Source: a virus
IMG/VR virus record: IMGVR_UViG_3300022562_000354
Location: 32,001 to 96,000 of that record
Reading direction: 5' to 3' (one strand)
DNA length: 64,000 bases
The notes beneath the pieces are model-generated. The model did not search any database and was not told the DNA's origin. It was given only the letters and a program-made list of their open reading frames with translations. This document shows, one piece after another, positions 1 through 7,857 of this stretch (position 1 is its first letter; every line of letters starts with the position of its first letter). The translations under genes and the position numbers were made by a program.

Positions 1-242
1 AAGACCCCAACCTTGTCATTCCACTCGGTAGACAGGTCAATAGCTCGCGTGGTGAGGATGTGCGTCTTACGGCCTGGGAGGGGGCGTCCAATCGAGTCCC
101 ACGTAGCTCGCCCCATGACGAGCGTTCCCCCCATCGTCGTAGCCTTGAACCTCTTGAGGTCCGCCTTCTTCCGCCAAGGAAGGTTGCCGTCCACGCCGAT
201 GAGTCCGTGTGGGCCAGAGGCCACGATGATCTTAGGTTTCAT
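1..242 (-). CDS. folA: Dihydrofolate reductase (runs off the window start; not in ORF track)
   Basis: Manual translation from ATG at 242: MKPKIIVASGPHGLIGVDGNLPWRKKADLKRFKATTMGGTLVMGRATWDSIGRPLPGRKTHILT... contains the DHFR motifs IG-x-GNLPW, DLKRFK, MGR-TW-SIGRPLPGR. Lies near thyA. Confidence 0.96.
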   Translation of the reverse strand, partial: MKPKIIVASGPHGLIGVDGNLPWRKKADLKRFKATTMGGTLVMGRATWDSIGRPLPGRKTHILTTRAIDLSTEWNDKVGV

Positions 243-771
243 CGTCTGTGATCCTTTCAAAGCGTGTTCTGGGCGGTCCCTCGGGTCGGTACGGAAGACC
301 CCCGCGCTCCCATAGGTCCGTATCCGGGATGTGCTTGAAAATCTCGCCTCGGATACCCCGTAGGGCATACTCGGAGGTCAAGCATCGGAACCGAATGAGC
401 CCGCCTCGCTTGATCTGAATGTCCCGGATCGTCTCGTGCTCCACGAGAACGTTGGGTATGGCCGAACGAGTCCGGTGCCTCAGCGTTTCAGCGTGTACGT
501 TGGTTTGAGCGGTGACGTAGACCTGCTCCCCTCCAACCGCCTTGGTGATGGCCTCGTGGATCATCTGAGCCTCGGATAGCAGGCCCTTGGTTCGGAAGAT
601 CAAGGCACCACCATCCTTGAAGATGATGTGCCCCTCTCGCTCTTTGACGATTACATCCGAGATAAAGGGCAGGCAGCGAGCCTGAGCGACAACAGGGTGG
701 TCGCATTCAACGACCACTTGTTCGCCCGCCTCGGCTCGGCGTACCAGCTCTTTTGCCTCGGCGTTGTTCAC
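232..771 (-). CDS. Hypothetical protein with an internal two-fold repeat (weakly resembles a terminase-ATPase segment)
   Basis: 179 aa, overlapping HU and DHFR. Repeats GEQVVV...IIFKDGGALIFR and GEQVYV...IQIKRGGLIRFR. Confidence 0.7.
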   Translation of the reverse strand: MNNAEAKELVRRAEAGEQVVVECDHPVVAQARCLPFISDVIVKEREGHIIFKDGGALIFRTKGLLSEAQMIHEAITKAVGGEQVYVTAQTNVHAETLRHRTRSAIPNVLVEHETIRDIQIKRGGLIRFRCLTSEYALRGIRGEIFKHIPDTDLWERGGLPYRPEGPPRTRFERITDDET

Positions 772-1064
772 GAGGGGATGACGGCCTTCTTCAAGTGGGC
801 GATGGGTCGGACCTTGACCTTCTTGGAGGCCGGCTTCGCGGCAACCTTCACCATCTGCTTGGTAAAGGGGTTCATTCGCTCACCCTCGGGCTGAGCCGGC
901 GTGTCCTTGAGTGTGATCTTCACGAGCCCTGGGAGCGTAACCTCCCCTTCTGCTCGAAGCGCCTCCACGACCGCCGCTGCATAGTGGTCGACGTACTTGG
1001 AGGCGTCCGCCTTGGTGACCCCAAGGCGGGTGGCGATGGCTTCGATGAACTTGGACTTCGACAT
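768..1064 (-). CDS. HU/IHF-family DNA-binding protein
   Basis: 98 aa. MSKSKFIEAIA...GEVTLPGLVKI...RMNPFTKQMVKVAAKPASKKVKVRP matches the HU fold and arm. Confidence 0.95.
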   Translation of the reverse strand: MSKSKFIEAIATRLGVTKADASKYVDHYAAAVVEALRAEGEVTLPGLVKITLKDTPAQPEGERMNPFTKQMVKVAAKPASKKVKVRPIAHLKKAVIPS

Positions 1065-1073
1065 GGGGTTTCT

Positions 1074-1253
1074 CTACACCGTTCTGTAGTTTTTCTGGAA
1101 GTTTCCTGCGTAGGATGGCGTCAGCTTGTGACACGGGACGCATAGAGTCCGCCCGTTTGCGATGTCCCACAGCGCTTCACAACGATAGGCGTCTTCGAGG
1201 GTTTGGATGTTGTGCTCCTTGAGCAGTAGGGCAAACGGCCTGAGATGGTCGGC
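1074..1253 (-). pseudogene. HNH endonuclease C-terminal remnant
   Basis: Reads (A)DHLRPFALLLKEHNIQTLEDAYRCEALWDIANGRTLCVPCHKLTPSYAGNFQKNYRTV* right after the thyA stop. Has DH...LWD..NG.TLCxxCH. No start codon; the frame is closed by a TGA a few codons upstream, inside thyA. Confidence 0.85.
1075..1081 (-). promoter_or_regulatory. CGGTGTA motif upstream of HU
   Basis: One of 7 exact copies just upstream of minus-strand starts; 10 nt before ATG 1064. Confidence 0.65.
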
Positions 1254-2086
1254 TAGACAGCTACCTCACCCCGAAGGGCTGGGTGACACTGGTACCCTTC
1301 GAGTTTGATTCCTTCGATGGTGAAGTCTTCGAGCTTTTCAGCCGAAGGGAGAACCAGTTTTGGTAGGGGGTAGGGGGCTCGGCTGATCTGCTCTCTGCAC
1401 TGAGGGATGTGATTCTCGTAGACGTGCAGGTCACCAAAGCTATGAACGAAGTGCCCAACACCCAAACCCGTGACTTGGGCGATCATGTGAGTGAGTAAGG
1501 CGTAGCTCGCGATGTTGAAAGGCACGCCAAGGAAGGCGTCAGCCGACCTCTGGTAGAGCAAGCACGAGAGCCTACCGTCCGTGACCGAGAACTGAAAGAG
1601 GGCGTGGCACGGAGGGAGGCCCATCTTCGGGATGTCCACAGGGTTCCAAGCGCTCACGATAAGCCGGCGACCCACGGACGCTGTAGGATCGGCCACCACC
1701 GCCCGAATGCCGTTCACCACCTGCTCGATTTGGTCGATAACTTGACCGTCTGGGGCGGACCAAGACCTCCACTGCTTTCCGTAGATCGGCCCGACATCCC
1801 CAGATTCAGGGTGAGCCCACTGGTCCCAAATGGTGACCCCTTGTGCTTGGAGACTCTTGGCGTTTGTATCCCCAGCCAAGAACCAAAGCAGCTCAGCCAC
1901 GATAGACTTCCAGGCGAGCTTCTTCGTCGTGACAGCGGGGAAGCCTTCATTCAGGTCGAACCGGGTCTGGTAACCAAAGACGCTGATAGCGTCGATGTTC
2001 TTGCCTGTTGACGCAAGTTTGGCCCGAGTCGGCTTGCGGGTGCCGGTCTCCAAGACGTGTCGAACGAGATCGCTGTACTGTTTCAA
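1253..2086 (-). CDS. thyA: Thymidylate synthase ThyA
   Basis: [35 protein letters not shown], catalytic [35 protein letters not shown] start with GGAGAGG RBS. Confidence 0.98.
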   Translation of the reverse strand: MKQYSDLVRHVLETGTRKPTRAKLASTGKNIDAISVFGYQTRFDLNEGFPAVTTKKLAWKSIVAELLWFLAGDTNAKSLQAQGVTIWDQWAHPESGDVGPIYGKQWRSWSAPDGQVIDQIEQVVNGIRAVVADPTASVGRRLIVSAWNPVDIPKMGLPPCHALFQFSVTDGRLSCLLYQRSADAFLGVPFNIASYALLTHMIAQVTGLGVGHFVHSFGDLHVYENHIPQCREQISRAPYPLPKLVLPSAEKLEDFTIEGIKLEGYQCHPALRGEVAV

Positions 2087-2149
2087 AGGTCACCTCTCCG
2101 GCATCCATACACCCAGGTAGCCACGCATACCCGCTGAATAATATGCAGT

Positions 2150-2869
2150 CTAGATCACGTCGTCCCGGTCGAACCGGCTGGGGATCCTGTTCCGATCGAT
2201 AGGCTCACTGGACACTCGGATGTCCTCGAACAACCCCTTGCCAGTGAACCGGATGATGCAGCTCGGGGGCTCAGCATGAACGATATCGCGTACGTCCTTG
2301 GTGACCTTGACCGAGATACCGTCCTCTTCGAGCCTTTCAAGCAAGAGGGACACTGAAGCCCCATGGCCGAGCGCCAGAGGTTCGCCGAAGTTGGCCGACT
2401 TCTTCGTGACGGCTCTCCGAAGCTGCCAGCCAATGAGGATCATCGTGTCTGGCCGGTCCTCCAAAGCTCTTAGAGCCTTGGGCATCCAGTTGGTGAGCAT
2501 CCCCGAAACGGAGGCTACCGACCCTCGGGAAGACCCTAGAATGTTGGGGGAGTCGAGAACGATGAGGTTGGCATCTGTTGTAGACACGCCGGAAAGGGCG
2601 GTTTTCAAGCAATCTTCCACGCTGGTCGGGTTGAGCAGATGGAACAGGTCTTGACCCAAACCCAGGTTGAAAGTGGTGTCACGGGTGATACCACCCTCGC
2701 AGTCAAGGTAGAGGATCTTCCGTCTTTGCCGGGCTGCCACAATGGAAGCGGACAGAGCTAGGGTCGTCCGTCCCGTCCCGACTTCACCCATGATCGTGGT
2801 GATAGCCCCACCGGGGTAACCCCCTTGGATGAGCCGGTCGAGGTTCTTGCTTCCGGTCTTGAAGTTCAC
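2150..2869 (-). CDS. RecA/RadB-fold ATPase core with Walker A K-to-R
   Basis: TGSKNLDRLIQGGYPGG, Walker A GEVGTGRT, YLDCE, Walker B LIVLDS. Likely GTG start at 2869 (GTGA overlap with the upstream stop) rather than 2908. Confidence 0.85.
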   Translation of the reverse strand: MNFKTGSKNLDRLIQGGYPGGAITTIMGEVGTGRTTLALSASIVAARQRRKILYLDCEGGITRDTTFNLGLGQDLFHLLNPTSVEDCLKTALSGVSTTDANLIVLDSPNILGSSRGSVASVSGMLTNWMPKALRALEDRPDTMILIGWQLRRAVTKKSANFGEPLALGHGASVSLLLERLEEDGISVKVTKDVRDIVHAEPPSCIIRFTGKGLFEDIRVSSEPIDRNRIPSRFDRDDVI

Positions 2870-3426
2870 GGGCGTCGAGCCTTCATCTTCTCGATGACCT
2901 CGGCCCATGAACGGACACGCAAGTCATCATGACCAAGGTTCCGGGTGTTCGGAATGTGCCATAGCATAGCCGTGCCCTTGGGGTGGTGATCCGCCCAAGC
3001 GCTGACGTGGTCAGGCTTGTCGTCGAGAAACCCGTCCCCTGTAACCCGGTACTTCGTGGACGTGTAGTGGATGTCTTTCTTGTCGAAGCCGAAGTGCTCT
3101 TTGAGCCACTCCGTCCGTTCGTAGGTCCAGTTGCGGGAGTGCTGGGGGGTTGTCACCGCAACCACGTGGACGAAGCCCCGAAGCTCCGCGATGGCGTCGA
3201 TCGCTTGCGGGTAGGGCTTGATGCCCATGCAGAAGCCGGGTCGCTCGAACATGGCGAAACACACCTTCTTCTGCTCGTCGTTGAGGATGGAGAAGATGTC
3301 CCAGACGTCGAAGTCCTCGGGCTGGTACCGTCTACCGAGGATGACAGCCATGATGTCCAAAGCCGGCGTCTGGAAGTCGCCTAGAACTTCGTCCACGTCT
3401 ACGAGGAGGACTTCACTTTTGAGCAT
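2866..3426 (-). CDS. HAD-family 5'(3')-deoxyribonucleotidase (NT5C-like)
   Basis: LLVDVDEVLGDF (DxD motif I), PYPQAIDAI, VTTP, EWLKEHF, FLDDKPDH (motif IV). Confidence 0.9.
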   Translation of the reverse strand: MLKSEVLLVDVDEVLGDFQTPALDIMAVILGRRYQPEDFDVWDIFSILNDEQKKVCFAMFERPGFCMGIKPYPQAIDAIAELRGFVHVVAVTTPQHSRNWTYERTEWLKEHFGFDKKDIHYTSTKYRVTGDGFLDDKPDHVSAWADHHPKGTAMLWHIPNTRNLGHDDLRVRSWAEVIEKMKARRP

Positions 3427-3713
3427 CCCAGGTCTACACCGTACTTGGCGATGACCTCTTTCAGCGAGGGCGGGTCGTCATCCTCGTCATCGTCATCGGC
3501 GTTCTGGAGTACCCGAGACATACGGTCGGTTCCCGTCTTCCACCCGTCGATGGCCGTGTGGACCGCCGCCGTGACCTGATCTTGCTCGGCTTCCGTACGA
3601 GCACGAGCGTACATGAGGCGAAAGGTCTCGACTTGCTCCGAGGTCAGCTCTTTAGCTAGTCCTCGTGCCCGTAGCGCCATGGTGAGTGAGTTTTTGCGCT
3701 GACGAAGACCCAT
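3399..3713 (-). CDS. Hypothetical protein
   Basis: 104 aa, helical with an acidic DDDDEDDD tract; fits gene packing and is preceded by CGGTGTA. Confidence 0.7.
   Translation of the reverse strand: MGLRQRKNSLTMALRARGLAKELTSEQVETFRLMYARARTEAEQDQVTAAVHTAIDGWKTGTDRMSRVLQNADDDDEDDDPPSLKEVIAKYGVDLGCSKVKSSS
3435..3441 (-). promoter_or_regulatory. CGGTGTA motif upstream of the nucleotidase
   Basis: Exact copy, 8 nt before ATG 3426. Confidence 0.6.
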
Positions 3714-3723
3714 ACCTTCGTCT

Positions 3724-3730
3724 TACACCG
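3724..3730 (-). promoter_or_regulatory. CGGTGTA motif
   Basis: Exact intergenic copy, 10 nt before ATG 3713. Confidence 0.65.
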
Positions 3731-3750
3731 GAAAATGCAGCGAAACCAGC

Positions 3751-3966
3751 TTACGCTTTCACGTAGGCGTGACGCACGCCCATGCCCCGTGCTTCCTCCG
3801 GGGTCATCAAGCGGATCAACCCCTCGGATTCTAGTTCGATGAGGTACCTCTCCGCATCATCGAGCGAGCACCTGCACATCGTAGCAACCCGGCCGATCAA
3901 GACGTACGGACGGTCCTCGAAGTACCGTAGAATCTCCTCTCGAAACTCGCTGGGTTTGCGGTACAT
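3751..3966 (-). CDS. Small winged-helix DNA-binding protein
   Basis: 71 aa. EILRYF...IGRVATMCRCSLDDAERYLIELESEGLIR follows a wHTH pattern. Confidence 0.7.
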   Translation of the reverse strand: MYRKPSEFREEILRYFEDRPYVLIGRVATMCRCSLDDAERYLIELESEGLIRLMTPEEARGMGVRHAYVKA

Positions 3967-3969
3967 CGA

Positions 3970-4203
3970 TCACTTGAGTAGGGGTAGATCATCACCGGGG
4001 AGGTACTTGGGGGCCGGGATCGGCTCAAGCCCGTCGAGCTGGTGAACTTCAAGGACGGTCACCCCTTCGGCCTTCAAGCGGGCCATGAAGGCATCGAGGT
4101 CCGGTACCGTTGCGTTGAACGTGTCGAGACCCTCCCCGATCACGAGCAAGTGCTCTTTGATCGGCACATCTCGTTCGGAACGAACCACGAACGAGTAGTA
4201 CAT
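3970..4203 (-). CDS. Hypothetical protein
   Basis: 77 aa, tightly packed between neighbours, protein-like composition. Confidence 0.7.
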   Translation of the reverse strand: MYYSFVVRSERDVPIKEHLLVIGEGLDTFNATVPDLDAFMARLKAEGVTVLEVHQLDGLEPIPAPKYLPGDDLPLLK

Positions 4204-4362
4204 TCAGCGGGTCCGGTCGTAGGAGTAGGACTTTTTCAAAGAGAGCGTCTTGGCCGCCTGTTGAGCGATCTTAGCCGGGTCCTGATCGTGCTTGTCTCGA
4301 AGCTCCTTCAATGCCTCGACGAGCTTACGGTAAGCACTGTCGAACGAACTATGGCGGTCCAT
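4204..4362 (-). CDS. Small hypothetical protein (52 aa; below the ORF-track cutoff)
   Basis: MDRHSSFDSAYRKLVEALKELRDKHDQDPAKIAQQAAKTLSLKKSYSYDRTR*. Fills the gap, and its stop abuts ATG 4203. Confidence 0.6.
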   Translation of the reverse strand: MDRHSSFDSAYRKLVEALKELRDKHDQDPAKIAQQAAKTLSLKKSYSYDRTR

Positions 4363-4385
4363 GCTTTAGGTGAAGCATCGAAGCA

Positions 4386-5564
4386 TTAGACGACCTCCAC
4401 GCTCACCCCTGTCATCGGGATGTCCGTCAGCTCTACAGCGTACAGCTTGGACCAGTCGACCCAAAGGTTCGCCGCAACCTCGGTCTCGACCGTCCACTTG
4501 TCGTGGGCTTCCTTCGTTCGGCACCAGTAGCCGTTCGGGTCCACCTCAAGGTACCCAGCGGGCTCGGTCAAGTAGATGGCGACTTCAACCGCCATGCCGG
4601 TTGCGGGCAACACGAGCACCCTGGCTTGACCCTGGATACGCCTCGCTGCATTCGGCGTAGCAAGCCAAAGACCACTCGTGCGACCCATCAGGGCCTCCAT
4701 CACCAGGGACGACTTGGTGCGCCGCTGCTTCACGGCCTCTTCCACGAGGTACCAGGCGAACCCCCGGACCCAGCTTGTAGCCGTCGAGGAAAGGATGCTC
4801 TGCCGGGTGTCGAACCGGACGTTACGGGCTAGCGGGTCTTGGAGAAGGTGTCGGGTGTTCCCAAACGTCTTCAAGTCCTTGATGCAGTCAAAGCCTCCCT
4901 CGCCAGGCTTCCCCAACGGGAAGAAGTCCAGAAACCCCCTGGCAAGCCCCGTAGAGGACTCTAGGAGCGTTGGGAGAGCGTTTTGGACTTGGGTTGCCAT
5001 GAGGCGCCGACCCGCCCTTGAGGCCATGAGAAGCCTCCCATCGCCTTCCGCACGGAGCAGTTCCGTCTGAGGTGGAAGGCGGTCGAGGAGCTTCTCTACA
5101 ACATCCCGCTCACGCCCTTGGTCGAAGGACCACTGGACGATGAAGCCCTCGATCTCCGGCCGAAGACGCTTGGCTGGCATCGCCATGTTCCCGCTCTCGC
5201 GGGGTACCGGAGCCGGCTGGTAGAGATCGTCTTCCGTGATACGGGCAAGGGCTCGCCCCGTCTCAGCCGAAACCAAGAGAATGGAGTCCCCGATCTGGCT
5301 GTACTCGTCGGCGAGGTAAGTAGCCTCTTGCTCGACACTCTCCTCGGGGAAGCACTTTTGAAGCTCCGGTACGAGCTTCTCTTTGAGCCACTCGGCGGGT
5401 CGACCCTCGGCCCGAGCCTGCTTGAAGAGGTCGCCGATCTCAGGGACCGTCTGGACAGCTACCCGAGCGAGGCGAAGAAGACCAGGGGCCGGGTTCGACT
5501 GCGAGAGGACTTTGACGTCCACCCGAGCGATCTCGGCTGCGGCTCCTTTCGTAAGGTCGCTCAT
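4386..5564 (-). CDS. Hypothetical protein, possible divergent HK97-fold capsid paralogue
   Basis: 392 aa. The coding call is solid (ATGA overlap); the capsid resemblance (SRAGRRLMATQVQNAL...GLARGFL; C-terminal IYLTEPAGYL...LWVDWSKLYAVEL) is tentative. Confidence 0.6.
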   Translation of the reverse strand: MSDLTKGAAAEIARVDVKVLSQSNPAPGLLRLARVAVQTVPEIGDLFKQARAEGRPAEWLKEKLVPELQKCFPEESVEQEATYLADEYSQIGDSILLVSAETGRALARITEDDLYQPAPVPRESGNMAMPAKRLRPEIEGFIVQWSFDQGRERDVVEKLLDRLPPQTELLRAEGDGRLLMASRAGRRLMATQVQNALPTLLESSTGLARGFLDFFPLGKPGEGGFDCIKDLKTFGNTRHLLQDPLARNVRFDTRQSILSSTATSWVRGFAWYLVEEAVKQRRTKSSLVMEALMGRTSGLWLATPNAARRIQGQARVLVLPATGMAVEVAIYLTEPAGYLEVDPNGYWCRTKEAHDKWTVETEVAANLWVDWSKLYAVELTDIPMTGVSVEVV

Positions 5565-5815
5565 GGCTTGGGGTAATGACGGAGAAACCGACTACAAGCC
5601 ATGCAGAACATGACCTGATCGCCCTTCTTGACCAGGCCACGGTTGACGGTCTGCGTGTCAACGTGGACCGTCTGGATGCTGGCGTGATCCTTCGGGTGAG
5701 GGCACTTCTGCTGGGACTCCTCAACCATGTTCAAGAGCCGGGCGTGCTCATCCGCACGCCCGGCCTTGCGGGCACGTTCACAGTCCCGGATGAGTTGCCA
5801 GTTACGCGTCCCCAA
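5561..5815 (-). CDS. Small Zn-finger protein
   Basis: 84 aa with CPH...FCMAC ligands; overlaps the downstream start. Confidence 0.7.
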   Translation of the reverse strand: MGTRNWQLIRDCERARKAGRADEHARLLNMVEESQQKCPHPKDHASIQTVHVDTQTVNRGLVKKGDQVMFCMACSRFLRHYPKP

Positions 5816-5821
5816 GGTGGC

Positions 5822-7393
5822 TCACTTACCACCAGAGATCATAAGGAAATGCTCGGAACGGTGGTTCGAGGCCAGACGGGCGCGGATCCCGTCGTCCGCC
5901 TCAGCGTCGTAGCCCACCCAATCGAGGATTTCCTTGATCTCGTCATTCATCGTCTTGATGATACGGGGGCGGCGGGCAAGCTCGTTTCCGAGGATCGCCT
6001 CATCGAGAGCAGGTTTTTTGGCGGCGAAGGAGTCGATCATAGCCGCCTTGATGGCCTGCTCGATCTCGCGTCCGACCAGGTTCTTGGCTCGGTCGGCGAG
6101 GTCGGCGAGGTTGAAGGACGACATGTCCTGGCTGGACTTCTTGGCATGGATCTTCAAGATGTCGATGCGGTCCTCTTCCGTGGGGAGGTCGAAGAAGAAT
6201 CGCTCGGGCATACGGTTGACCATCTCCACCGGAAGAGTCTTCAGGGAGTTGGCCGTCATGGCGATGCAGACTTGGGCCTTGGTTTCCTGAGACCACGTGG
6301 ACAGGATACCGAGGAGGCGGGACGTGGTACCTGCATCCGACTGCGCCGATGACTGGGTGCCTGCGAGGGACTTCTCAGCTTCATCGATCCACATGACGCA
6401 AGGCGAGATCCCCTCGATGATCTTGAGGGCTCGGTACATGTTGTTTTCCGAGTCGCCGACGCCGGAGGAGCGGAGCCGCCCCAACTCGAATTGTACCAGG
6501 GGGAGACCCCACTCTCGGGTCATCGCCTTGGCGCAGACGGACTTGCCGCACCCGTAGACGCCAACCAAGAGAACGCCTCGGGGCGGGGTAAGCCCGAAGG
6601 CTTGACCCTCTTTGGTCCAGCAAGCCTTGGACTTCCGTGCCCACTCTTTGAAGCGCTGGGCGCCGCCGATCGTGGCGAACGACTCATCGTCCGTGTTGGC
6701 GAACGAAACGAGGTCAGACTTACGGAGCTGGTTCCGCTTGTACTCGACGACGTGAGTAGGGTCGACACGGCGGGCATTGGTAGCCTCTTTCCGCGTACGG
6801 ACAACCGACTGCGTGATAGACGCCTCGATCTCGTACGAGGTCATCCCCTTGAAAAGATTGGTGACGTCCGGGGGCGGGGTGGCGCGGAGCTGCGTACAGA
6901 ACTGCTGGACGCATTGATTGATCTCCTCGCCCGTGAGCCCGGTGTCGTGGACGACCTCCATGTAGCGAGCGAGCTTTTCAGGTACCGACTTGCGGTGCCC
7001 CACGAAGATGAGGCACTTGACGATGCGGAGATCCTGATGGAGCTGGTGGATGATGTTGAGCGTACGCCGTACGACGTGCTCATCCTTGAACCAGCGCTCG
7101 GGGTCCGTGATGATGTAGAAGTTCTCGGTGTCCTTCGGATCATCTTGGTAAATCTTGATCATCGCATCGTTGATGCTCGCGGCATCCGAGGCGACGGAAT
7201 GGGCTCGGCTTGACCAGTCACGGACCATGTCCGCGATCGGCTTGAGCCCCATGGCGGCGTTGTACACCCACGTACGGGCCTCGTGCTTCTTCATGTGCTC
7301 GTGGAAGCGGACGATGAAGCGGTCCTCCTCATCCGTCACGAAGAAGATGGCTCGGGTCAGGGCGCGTAGTTGATGTACCAGTTCAGGCGTCAT
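5822..7393 (-). CDS. Ycf46-like AAA+ ATPase
   Basis: 523 aa. Inactive N-terminal AAA-like domain, then IGGAQRFKEW, PRGVLLVGVYGCGKS, WIDEAEK, MTANSL..LP.E, FFFDLP, GREIEQAI. Confidence 0.92.
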   Translation of the reverse strand: MTPELVHQLRALTRAIFFVTDEEDRFIVRFHEHMKKHEARTWVYNAAMGLKPIADMVRDWSSRAHSVASDAASINDAMIKIYQDDPKDTENFYIITDPERWFKDEHVVRRTLNIIHQLHQDLRIVKCLIFVGHRKSVPEKLARYMEVVHDTGLTGEEINQCVQQFCTQLRATPPPDVTNLFKGMTSYEIEASITQSVVRTRKEATNARRVDPTHVVEYKRNQLRKSDLVSFANTDDESFATIGGAQRFKEWARKSKACWTKEGQAFGLTPPRGVLLVGVYGCGKSVCAKAMTREWGLPLVQFELGRLRSSGVGDSENNMYRALKIIEGISPCVMWIDEAEKSLAGTQSSAQSDAGTTSRLLGILSTWSQETKAQVCIAMTANSLKTLPVEMVNRMPERFFFDLPTEEDRIDILKIHAKKSSQDMSSFNLADLADRAKNLVGREIEQAIKAAMIDSFAAKKPALDEAILGNELARRPRIIKTMNDEIKEILDWVGYDAEADDGIRARLASNHRSEHFLMISGGK

Positions 7394-7416
7394 TTGCTTG
7401 GGCTCCGAGATTAATC

Positions 7417-7423
7417 TACACCG
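7417..7423 (-). promoter_or_regulatory. CGGTGTA motif upstream of the AAA ATPase
   Basis: Exact intergenic copy, 23 nt before ATG 7393, just after the hairpin; followed by a GGAG RBS. Confidence 0.65.
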
Positions 7424-7435
7424 CTAGAAAGGCAA

Positions 7436-7468
7436 GAGGCCCACCCTTTTCAAAAAAGGGCGGGCCTC
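7436..7468 (-). terminator. 15-bp stem-loop, putative intrinsic terminator or processing stem
   Basis: Minus-strand RNA GAGGCCCGCCCUUUU-UUG-AAAAGGGUGGGCCUC, then UUGCCUUUCU. The single imperfect pair is G-U on the minus strand only. Confidence 0.7.
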
Positions 7469-7486
7469 AAGCTGCCCCTTCGGCGG

Positions 7487-7822
7487 TCACGCTCGCTGGA
7501 CGATCACGTAGGTATCGCCGTTCTTCTCCGTGCCGCTCTCGGTGATGATGTGACCTTCCTTGAAGGCCACAGCGCGGAACTCGGCTTCCGAGTACGCTTG
7601 GCGGAGAAGGCCGAGCTTGCTCGCGTCGGTGTTCCTGAAGTGGTCGACATCTCCACTCTGGATGCGCCCCGTGGCGAGGTTGATCGAAGCACCGTTGTAG
7701 GCGCCGGAGAGAAGATCGATAACGGTACCGTGCTCGCGGTACTCGATCTTCTGCTGCTTGAGAGCCGTGATGAGGTGCTCACGGTTCGTCATCTCCGACT
7801 CAATCGTAACTCGGTGAGACAT
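7487..7822 (-). CDS. DUF1257/Ycf35-like protein
   Basis: MSHRVTIESEMTNREHLITALKQQKI...LLRQAYSE...KEGHII matches the DUF1257 pattern. Start moved to ATG 7822 (GAAAGGA RBS). Next to a Ycf46-like ATPase. Confidence 0.8.
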   Translation of the reverse strand: MSHRVTIESEMTNREHLITALKQQKIEYREHGTVIDLLSGAYNGASINLATGRIQSGDVDHFRNTDASKLGLLRQAYSEAEFRAVAFKEGHIITESGTEKNGDTYVIVQRA

Positions 7823-7857
7823 AGTTCGTTCCTTTCGAGATGGCCGGGAGGTTGTTC

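Noticed and set aside
1253-2086. ThyA as a dCMP/dUMP hydroxymethylase for modified DNA
   Set aside because: It keeps the dUMP-specifying Asn (VPFNIASY) and canonical motifs, and lies near DHFR, as expected for ordinary dTMP synthesis.
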